A stretch of DNA of 63,908 bases, counting the filler, from Olpidium bornovanus S191 (taxonomy: Eukaryota; Fungi; Olpidiomycota): the NCBI GenBank assembly GCA_017911155.1. It is 25 parts of 25 records of this genome, joined end to end, with 100 filler letters (N's around TTAATTAATTAA, not from the genome) between each part and the next. Parts side by side here need not be neighbours in the genome. Positions count along the whole stretch, not along the records: positions 1 to 2,470 come from JAEFCI010002182.1; positions 2,571 to 3,771 come from JAEFCI010004003.1; positions 3,872 to 5,093 come from JAEFCI010002617.1; positions 5,194 to 8,621 come from JAEFCI010012304.1; positions 8,722 to 11,234 come from JAEFCI010010403.1; 20 more parts are not named here. One strand, written 5' to 3'. Shown here piece after piece: positions 1 through 8,811 of this stretch. The stretch's first letter is position 1. Every line of letters starts with the position of its first letter. A model generated the notes under the pieces. That model saw nothing but the letters and a program-made list of their open reading frames with translations. It did not search any database and was not told the DNA's origin. The position numbers and the translations under genes were made by a program.

Positions 1-480
1 AAGGAGCTCATCGTGAACACCTATGTTGAGAACCTGATTGAGCGTGACGGATCACCCTCGCAAATACAGAACCTCATCATCACCAACGCCTCCCTCGAAT
101 CGGTCAACCTCGACACCATGATGCGCTTCACGCAGCGACTAAAGCTCAAACGGTCTAATCGACCGGACGAAAAGAAATATGGCCCCGCCAAAGCCAACAT
201 CGCATCCAAGTCTGAGGATGCATCCACCAATAAAGGATCGACCGACAGGGGCGTACCCGGCAGTCGTGGTGGAAGACGAGGGAATTTCCAAGGTCGACGT
301 GGCGACAGCCACAGTTCCAGATCCACTGGACCTCCCCTTTGTGAATACTGCCGGGGATCCCACTGGCGCAGCAAGTGTCCCGTGCTACTCAAAATTAAAG
401 AACAAAACAAAGGACGACAGCAGGGGCAGGCATCGGCCGGGAACACACGCACCACTGACGATGATTCTCTCCACAGCGTC
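1..480 (+). mobile_element. LTR-retrotransposon gag remnant with zinc knuckle (truncated)
   Basis: ORF 13..666 contains CEYCRGSHWRSKC (CX2CX3HX4C knuckle) after a basic, Gly/Arg-rich linker (GSRGGRRGNFQGRRG), as in Gag nucleocapsid regions. No protease, RT or integrase follows; beyond about 480 the sequence is the reverse strand of another element. Confidence 0.6.
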
Positions 481-841
481 CGTGCAAGCGTTCGACCGTC
501 ACCCGCGTCTCGTCGAACTGCCGGAACGCTTCGCGCAGCCTTTCCTTCGCCCGCACCCACGTCATCCCCATCGTTAATTCGCGGACCTGTTCGTCAAAAT
601 CTTCGTGTACCGTCAGTTCGAACTGCGGCGCGATGTCTGCGTCCGCCAAGCGAAGCGGCTTCATAGCCACTTCGAACCGCCGCAGGTACTCTGTAACGTT
701 ACGTCGATCGAAGCGCCCCTCCGTAGCAACAAACGCTTGTATCGCCCCCCGAATTTCCGAGGTACGCATCTGGATAACCAGGTGACACCCCCCAACGTCG
801 CCCATCGCGTCGACCGTTTCGGCCCTCGGTCTCGCCGCCAT
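480..841 (-). mobile_element. Second retrotransposon gag (capsid-like) remnant, opposite strand, truncated
   Basis: Translation RFDRRNVTEYLRRFEVAM...TWVRAKERLREAFRQFDETRVTVERL resembles the FxGxNVTxFLxxFE...TWxxxKxxL pattern of fungal Ty3/Gypsy-type Gag capsid regions. Recognised by eye only. Confidence 0.55.
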
Positions 842-1430
842 CGATCACCGCTCTCGCAGATTGCCCTTGTTACCTCTTGGTCTTACCCGCAATCCTGCCC
901 GGGAGCGCCAATTTGTCGAGATCGAAACGCCTTGATGGAGCCCTCTCGTGGTCGGGGAGAGTAGGGCGAAGGGCGATCGATGGGACGGAGGATAGGATGG
1001 CAGGTTGCGGAACCGAACCCGCCGGGGGCTTGCGCGTAACAGAGGGGAGGGGGTTACGAAAAGGGGGCAGGACGAGGGGAGACGGGACACTTCTTCTTCG
1101 AAGGACGCAAAAGAACCAGCGCGCGGACGGACGCTTCTACTCCTGGCCCGACGGCACAGGAAAACGCTCAAAACTTAACTCCTTCGACTCCGGGCTGCCC
1201 GACGGCAGTTTTTCGACTCCGACCCCTCTCCTCCGAATGCCCGACGGCAATTTCGACTTCACTCTTTTTTCTTTTGACGTCGGGGGAATTTTTGGCGTAG
1301 CGGTAGAAGCGTGGACGAAGAAAAGGAAAAAAAACGGGGGGGAAGAAAATTCAAAACAAAAGGATCGAAAGGGAAAAGCAATCGATTTAAGCGAAAGGAA
1401 AGCGATTGATTTAAGCAAGTCGACCCCCCC

Positions 1431-1955
1431 CTACGGGAAGGGAAATCGATGGACTCTATTTTTTAGCAAGGCGTCGATCCAGCGGGCAACCATTTGGGCG
1501 CCGACAGCGTACGTCATGGTCGTCAGCACTGTTGCAACGTTTCCGCGTTCGCATTGTGCGGTGTATTCGCCTCGTTGTGCTGGGGCGACGCGTTCGGCGT
1601 TGTTCGGACCGTTGGTGCGGGAGACCAATACTTCCATGCTTGCTGTCATTTGTTGCATGAGTCGTTGCAGCTGCGCGACTTCTCCTCGGAGGGTTTCTAC
1701 CTCTTCGGGGTCTTTTCTGACGCGTTCGGCACCGGTGTTGGCGCTGTCTATGGCTGCCCCCCGTTGGAGGGAGCGGAACCTGCGCAATTCTTCCGCTTCT
1801 TCGAGTCGGAGCTGTTCTGTTGTCAGGGGCCCTTGGCGTTCTACGACGAAAGGGTCCTGTCCTGGAAAGTAACCATGGAACTCTCTCCGTTCTTGGTCGT
1901 CTTCAAAGTTGTTGTTGTTTGCGACCGTGCCAGCCGCAGCAGGCTGCGCACGCAA
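1431..1955 (-). CDS. Hypothetical intronless ORF with coiled-coil-like segment, upstream of the minus-strand gag remnant; possibly part of the same element
   Basis: 174-aa ORF with heptad-like EEVETLRGEVAQLQRLMQQMTASMEVL; same strand as the gag remnant; no family recognised. Confidence 0.3.
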   Translation of the reverse strand: MRAQPAAAGTVANNNNFEDDQERREFHGYFPGQDPFVVERQGPLTTEQLRLEEAEELRRFRSLQRGAAIDSANTGAERVRKDPEEVETLRGEVAQLQRLMQQMTASMEVLVSRTNGPNNAERVAPAQRGEYTAQCERGNVATVLTTMTYAVGAQMVARWIDALLKNRVHRFPFP

Positions 1956-2470
1956 AAGAACGGAGGCGTTCGACCTTGTCGTGTACGGGCTCCGCGGAAT
2001 TCAGAAGTGGAATTGGAAGAACGTTTCAGTGGTCGCTGGAGCGCTAACGGCGATTTGGGAGTGGGAGTCGCGGCCGATTGGGCTCATAACCTGTGAACCG
2101 CGTTCGCTCTTCTGTTTTATTTCCCGTTCAGGGGAAAAGGTTTTTCTACGTTTTTTTTTTTTGTGTGTGGAGTCCTCGTAACCGTAAACCGTAAACTGCG
2201 GTAACACAGTTTTTCCCAACTCTCAAACACCTCCACCTCACCACGGGGGAAAAAAACACAAAATAAACAACGAACAACGTATGTGTTGCGGTCGGTGGTG
2301 GCGAAGGTTTCTTGTGTTTATTAGAAGAGGGGGCACCAGGGGTTTTATGTACATGGGCCCCCCTCGATTGGGGGCCCAAACAATAAGGAGAAGCGGGCGG
2401 TACATCGAGCTCGAGCGGTGGGTATCGAAGTCGGGCGAAGAGCATCGGGATCGAGCGAAGGGCTTCGAGG

Positions 2471-2570
2471 NNNNNNNNNNNNNNNNNNNNNNNNNNNNNN
2501 NNNNNNNNNNNNNNTTAATTAATTAANNNNNNNNNNNNNNNNNNNNNNNNNNNNNNNNNNNNNNNNNNNN
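2471..2570. other. Artificial contig spacer N44-TTAATTAATTAA-N44 (first of 24)
   Basis: Identical 100-bp linkers with stops in all six frames start at 2471, 3772, 5094, 8622, 11235, 14906, 16482, 19723, 23228, 26091, 29069, 33933, 35455, 38097, 41122, 42271, 43835, 47584, 50630, 51971, 53596, 55222, 58145 and 61302. Confidence 0.99.
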
Positions 2571-3400
2571 CATGTAGATCTCCAAATACGCGACTTTCAC
2601 CGTGTACTCCATTGTACTGGGGGAATCGAGAATTGCGGCAAAGATGCTTTCCACGATACGCGGAGTAACGCCTTTTGACGCATCGTCCACCACCGAGGAG
2701 CCCATCTGCAGAGATCAAGAAACACCGCAAAGAAACCGGGGTGTGTGAGCGCTCGACCCCCTCCGCAAGAGCCGCCGTGAGAGCGGGACAGCATACCATC
2801 GTGTACGTCTTTCCAGATCCAGTCTGCAAACGACGACGCGGAAATTGACGAAGAAGGAACGGAAACTTTAGCGGCGAACAAAGCACTTTTTTCTTTTCCC
2901 TTTCTTTTTTTTTCTACCTTCCCGCCGCAAATTTCCGCACGATTCCCTTACCTGGCCGTACGCAAAGACGGTGCCATTATACCCTGCAAGGACGTCTGGG
3001 GAAAGTCTGTCGAGGTCAGCGTGGGGGGCGTTGGGGGAGATGTGGGAGGGCGGAGATCGCACGGCCGATTCGCCCGCGGGGGCGCCACAGTTCGGGACGA
3101 GCACGAACCGTTTACGATCGATTTGACCGAGTAGTCGAATATCTCCCGCTGCGTAGCGTCCGAGTCGAACACCCTGTCAAAGGCAAACGGCGCTGAGGGC
3201 GCATCCTTGGCCTTTTTTTTGGTTCCGCAAGCAAAAGCCGGCAAGGGCAGCGGGCGTGTTAGCGCGCGCTGCCGTACCCGTAGGCAGCGGTGGCCTACAC
3301 CCCCCACTTCCCCCCCTTTCCCCCCCTTCCCCTTGAGATCGGACGGACGGACGGGACGTGTGAAGGGAAAGGTTACCAGGCCTCCAGGGGGCCGCTCTCT

Positions 3401-3436
<36 letters not shown>

Positions 3437-3631
3437 GCTCACGTTCAGCACGACGGAGTCTCCGGCGGCCGCGACGTCGACGCAGACCTGGCCGCCCTCG
3501 CGGAGCTCGACGTCGTTCTGGGGCCTGAACCTGCAGACGACCTTGATGTTGTTCGAGGCGGCTCCGGGCGGGGCTGTGGTTTGTGCGGCGGACGGCGGCG
3601 GCTTCGCCGGCGGAGGAGGAGCGTCGGCCAT
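2571..3631 (-). CDS. Kinesin-1 (conventional kinesin heavy chain), 5' part of motor domain, spliced, 3'-truncated
   Basis: Exons encode NIKVVCRFRPQN, FAFDRVFD, DVLAGYNGTVFAYGQ|TGSGKTYTM (P-loop) and GVTPRIVESIF...EYTVKVAYLEIYM, separated by GT-AG introns. Confidence 0.93.
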
Positions 3632-3871
3632 TTGTTTCGCCGGTTCGGTGTGTGCCGTTTCGTGCGGGGGAAGGGGCTAGGCGGGGCGGGGGCGCTTGCC
3701 GCCTCCCGCCTCCTTTCGCCTCCGCCCGAAGCGCGGTGTGTGCCTTGCGGGGGGGGAAGGGGGCGAGCGGGNNNNNNNNNNNNNNNNNNNNNNNNNNNNN
3801 NNNNNNNNNNNNNNNTTAATTAATTAANNNNNNNNNNNNNNNNNNNNNNNNNNNNNNNNNNNNNNNNNNNN

Positions 3872-4680
3872 CCATGCATAATATGTAGTCGAACTTCAGG
3901 TGGTCTCCGACCGTGAGCTGCCGGGCGCGGTGTTTGACGGCAACTCCGTTCGCGCGGCACGTGTCCGCTGATCGCACGTCAGGGCTGTCTCCCGCCTACC
4001 AAGAGGTTGTTTCAGGGCCGTAAAAAAAAAAAAAAAAAAAGACGTTCCGCGCCGTCAGCTATTTTATCCCTTCTTATGTGGTTTTTCTTCAGTTCTCCCG
4101 CCTCTGCAGGCCGAGAACTCCAAAGCGACAACCAGGTTCGAGCGGCGGAGCCGTACATGATATCCCGCCGTCCCGCAGCTATCGATTATCGCAAAGTGCT
4201 CCTCGAGGCCGCGCTGCTTGACGATGTGCGTGAACACGGCCTCCGCCATGGGCGAACTATATTTTTTGGCGCCGGAAAGAACAGGAGGGAAAGTGGGGGG
4301 AAGGGGGGGGGGGTTGGGAAATGGGATCGAGTGAGGCAGCCGCCACCAGTCAGCGCGCGCGCAGCCGAAGAAAAAGGAAGAGCAGGCCCGGCGTTTAGCA
4401 AATAAAGGAAAGAAACCAACGGTTGCCCCGGGACGGGAGAAACGGAAAAGCCGGGCCGGCCGCGGAGGGAGGGGGAGGGGCTGGGCTCACCGGCAGATGT
4501 TGCTGTTCCGCGGGCAAAAGGCGCGGGGGTGGAATTCCGCCGCCGGTCAGCGTTTTTGCGGAGCGCGCAGACGACGGGCAGCAGCAAGCTCGGACCGCAG
4601 AGCGGGCGGCAGCGCCGACGTACTAGGCCCGCGCGCGACACATACCCGAGGCACACGAACAGGACGCTCCGCCGCTCCAT
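3872..4680 (-). CDS. LTP1: Low-molecular-weight protein tyrosine phosphatase (LTP1-like), spliced, 3'-truncated
   Basis: MERRSVLFVCLG|NICR|SPMAEAVF (CLGNICRS catalytic loop), IDSCGTAGYH|AGDSPDVRS, HRARQL and FDYILCM. Confidence 0.93.
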
Positions 4681-4993
4681 GGGGAGGCGGCGGGGTGGCG
4701 CAGCACGCGGACGCAAAAGCGGGCGGGTTGGGTGAAGAGAGAGAGAGAGAGAGAGAGCCAAGCTCTCTCTTTTCGCGGGGGGGGATGCACGAGCGATCAC
4801 GTGACGCTGGAGACCCTTCCCCCCGAGTGCGGAGGCGGGCGGGGAGAACGAGGCTCTCCCCGGCGGGGCGCGGAAGAAAACCCGGGGCGGCGAAAAGCTT
4901 GACGAGACGACCCCGCCGCCGCCGCCGCCTTTCTTCCCCGCCTTCCTTCCTTCCTTCGTTCCTTCCTTCCTTCCTTCGGAGCCTCCTCTCTCT

Positions 4994-5089
<96 letters not shown>

Positions 5090-5193
5090 CCGGNNNNNNN
5101 NNNNNNNNNNNNNNNNNNNNNNNNNNNNNNNNNNNNNTTAATTAATTAANNNNNNNNNNNNNNNNNNNNNNNNNNNNNNNNNNNNNNNNNNNN

Positions 5194-5366
5194 CCTCCGT
5201 CCCCACGGAGTGCCTGCGCTTCCTGATTTCGGAAAAGAGAGACGGATCTCTTGAAAACGGATTTTGTGGGGAGGGCGCATCGGCAATGCAAGCAATTCGG
5301 TGCCGGTGCCAAGTGCTTGAACGCAGAGGGGCGAAAACTTCTTGCGACGGCGGATCCCCCGGCCAT
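5194..5366 (-). CDS. Possible 5' end of a gene with a mitochondrial-presequence-like N-terminus (truncated by contig end)
   Basis: MAGGSAVARSFRPSAFKHLAPAPNCLHCRCALPTKSVFKRSVSLFRNQ is rich in R/S/A with no acidic residues in the first 48 aa; no mature domain visible. Confidence 0.25.
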
Positions 5367-5643
5367 TCTTACACTTTTTTTATTGGAACGCGTTGCGGCC
5401 TTCTACCCCGCCCGCCACACTCTGCTTACCCATCTCCCGCGCCCCTTCCTCTCCACTTTGACAACGATTTCCCTTTTTCCTGCTTTTAGGATGCGGGACC
5501 CGGGAGCGTTCGAACTCCATTGAACCCGCATTGCGTTTGGATCTCGCTTGGGTCACGGTGTGACCCAAGAAACTCACCCGCACACCTTTCTCGCAACTAC
5601 CCCTCCCCCCCAGCCCCCCGTTTTTTTGTTCATTTTTCGTTAG

Positions 5644-5791
5644 AAAGCCGTACGCAGGAATATCGCGCAGCGAGTTCTGCAAAGGCTGAAAGAAGAGAAG
5701 GCCGCCGTCGCTTTGCAGAGCCGCTGGAGAGCGTACCGCGAGCGCAAAGTTTACCTGCTGCAGCGGCAACGCGTGATCGAGCTGCAGGCGG
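5644..5791 (+). CDS. Single exon encoding tandem IQ (calmodulin/light-chain binding) motifs, myosin-V neck-like
   Basis: AG|KAVRRNIAQRVLQRLKEEKAAVALQSRWRAYRERKVYLLQRQRVIELQA|GT, bounded by a canonical acceptor (ttag) and donor (GTGACT). Confidence 0.55.
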
Positions 5792-7437
5792 GTGACTACG
5801 GCGTGCGGGATGCGAGTGTGCGCGTGTGACTGTAGCCCGGTTTCCCCCGCCCAGTTTTAACGTTGGAAGAGAGAGAAGCACTGGAGGACGAGGGGAAGTA
5901 AGGGTGGGAGAAAAACACAGGGAGAGGGGGAAAGAGAAAGAGAGAAAAAAAGAGAGTAAAAGAGTGGAAGAACGAAAGTAACACCTCGCCGGGCCACCTG
6001 TCACGCGCTTTTCGCGCGGGTGCGCGTACGCGAAAATCACCCGTCGTTCGCGCGCGAATTCTTATTACCGTAGCGCCAGTGTTCTTTTTTTTTCCCTAGA
6101 GCTGGGCTGGGAAAGGGGCAAGGGGAGGGGGGGGGGAATACCTTGGCGACCGGCTGCCAAAACCGTGGTCGGTTTTTGATCGGTCCGGTCAATGGGTTAT
6201 AATCTAAAACGCGCGCGCGTCCCGAAAAACAAATCCAGTAAATGGTGTGCTATTCCGATGTTCCTCTGCGTTTATGTGACATTTACGTCAGTGATCAGGC
6301 GATATGCTTCGAAACCTTCTCAATTTACCCTCTTAAAACCTTTGTCTTTTGAATCGAACATGCTGGCGGCGCAAATGATATAAAACTCCGCAGCAACTGC
6401 GGCAAGTTATATCTATTATTTTTGCGAATTTCCAGCGAAATCTGCCCCCCCCCCCCACCCACACACTCACACACCCCACCCAACGACGACTTCCAAGGAC
6501 TTCCCCGTTGGTTGCTTAAACCGTTCCGAAACTTCTCCGAGCCCCCGTACTTTCCACTGCGATCAAACTGGAAGAAGGAATTTCGGCGAGCTGGGTTACA
6601 AACGAGTTCTCCAAATAGAGGAATTCGCGGCAATTAAAGATAAACCCCTGATATTACTTTAGATCAACGATGCGGTGGGTCCCGTCGCCGCGGGCGGATT
6701 CTTTGTTGCAGAAAAGGACGGAGAGAGGTTGTCAGCAACCTTCCGGGGGCCGCAACGACGTTTCTTTCTTTTGCCGAACCGCTCGCACCTGCGCGGGTCT
6801 TCGCCAGTCTTGCACGTTGAGTTAACGCCTTTGTGTTGATTCGGGCGGGACTCGGGGCATAGTCGTATAAGAAACGGGAGCAAACTAAAACACGGAAAGC
6901 GGCGTCAGCCGGCGTCTCACCCACACCAGCGCGTTGTCCGCGGGTACCGCTTTCGTATCGTGAAGCTCCGCTGCATCCGTCCCTCCTCCTTCCTCCCCAC
7001 GCCCCGTTTCCTCTCTTGCCCGAGGACCGCCGCGACGGGCAAAAGGAAGCGGAGCTCCGTTTGCGCCGCGCACTTTTTTCTCCCCTGCGTCGCCTCCAGT
7101 CCAGCACCCGTCGCCCACACCGTCCAGCACGGGCCGCCCGCTGTCCAACACGCGCGGCCGCTGCCCACACTCGCTCCCGCGGTGCGGCGCCGTTCGCGGG
7201 CAGCCCCGTCGACACCGAACGGCAAGCGAAGCGCAGAGAACACTCTCGTCCGCAAGGCGCGTGGTGTCTGACTAGCCGGCTGCGCAGCAGTAGCGATTTC
7301 CGCTCTCCAGTGCGCCGGGGGCGCGCCCTCGTGGCGCGCCTTTTTCTGCACCAAAACCTCCCACCGCCAGGCCCAACTTCTCTCTCCCGCGGCTCAGCGC
7401 TTTCCACGTGCGAGCAGGAGACTAACGGGCGCAAAAC

Positions 7438-7500
7438 GGGAGCGGGAGCGGGAGCTGGTGCGGGAGCGGGAGCGGGAGCTGGTGCGGGAGCGGGTGCGGG
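7438..7500 (+). repeat. Hexamer tandem repeat (GCGGGA with GCTGGT/GCGGGT variants), about 10 units
   Basis: gggagcgggagcgggagctggtgcgggagcgggagcgggagctggtgcgggagcgggtgcggg. Confidence 0.9.
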
Positions 7501-8029
7501 CCGGCAGGGTAGGCCGGTTGGTGAGAGGTTTCGGGGAGGAGGGAGGATAAGGGCGAACGGGCAACGCGTGTGGGGCGGAGGGCCCCCCGGCTAAATTCAC
7601 GTGCGCGCACGTGACTTTCTGCGCAGAGAAGTAACCCCCCCTTTTTCCCCTGCCCCTTTTCCGAGCGCTTCCGGCGCACCCCGCCCTCCCAACGCCGTCC
7701 CTCTGGCCCTTGAACCAGCGAGCGGCGTTCCCGCATTTGGAAAACCTCGTCGCGCCGTGATCCGTGATACCTATCCTGCCGATCGTGATCGCCGGTTTCG
7801 ATCGTGCAAATACTGAGCTCTGATCCCAATCGCACGGATTCTCATCCCCGTTCCCGATCGATGATCGCGGATGCTGATCCCTGATGCTGGTAACCAATCC
7901 TGCACGCACCAGATCGCGATCCCCGATCACAATCTCAAAAACCTGATGCCGTTCGTTTGTGGTGCCGATTGAGCGTCGAGCTCCGAGCGCGGTAAGCCCA
8001 TTGTAGTTGTCTACGGCGCATCGTGCCTT

Positions 8030-8260
8030 TCGGCGAATCGTGTGGCGAATCTTGTGGCGAATCCGGTGCAAATCCTGCGTTTAAACCTGCGGCGAGTCCT
8101 GTGGCAAATCCAATTGCGGATCCCGTGCCAAGTACTGCGCCATATCTTGTGCTGAATCCCCTGCAAAAACCCGTGCGAAATCTTGTTCCAGATAAGGTGG
8201 CAAGCCGGCGCCAAATCCTGTGCCAAATCCTGTGCCAAATCCTGTGCTAAATTCTTTGGA
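8030..8260 (+). repeat. Degenerate 12-bp minisatellite (consensus about GCNAATCCTGTG)
   Basis: Units such as gcgaatcgtgtg, gcgaatcttgtg, gcaaatcctgcg, and ccaaatcctgtg three times. Confidence 0.85.
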
Positions 8261-8811
8261 GGATCCGGTCTAGAATCGCGCTGGAATTCTTTTTTTCCCA
8301 ACGGCGTACATTTTTCTCTTCGATGCACTTGCACCCCCTTCTACCGCCCTCTCTTTCTTATTGAAGACGGCCGGATTACATTTTCTCTTTTATTACAGTT
8401 TTTTGACGCCCACTTTTCTGAAAACCACCGGCAGAGAGCAGAAAATCTTGCGGCAAATTCTGGGGGGAAGGGGGGGAGGGGTGTGTGTGTGTGAATCCTC
8501 CATGGGGATTCACCGTAACCTGCAGAGGCTGCCCCCACCAGACGGGAGCGAGCCGGACATCCGCGAAGGAGGGCGCTGCTTGCACGCTATGGGCCGGGGT
8601 AGGACTTCCGGAGAGAAATCGNNNNNNNNNNNNNNNNNNNNNNNNNNNNNNNNNNNNNNNNNNNNTTAATTAATTAANNNNNNNNNNNNNNNNNNNNNNN
8701 NNNNNNNNNNNNNNNNNNNNNCATGACAATTCTATAATAATTCTTAATTTATTTTACTTCATTTTTCGCCGGCCATCAAAACAAAGCCTTCCGACGTCCC
8801 CCGCCGACGCC

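Noticed and set aside
2515-2526. TTAATTAATTAA motif recurring 24 times as a possible regulatory or repeat element
   Set aside because: Always centred in an N44..N44 block and gives stops in all six frames; it is an assembly spacer.
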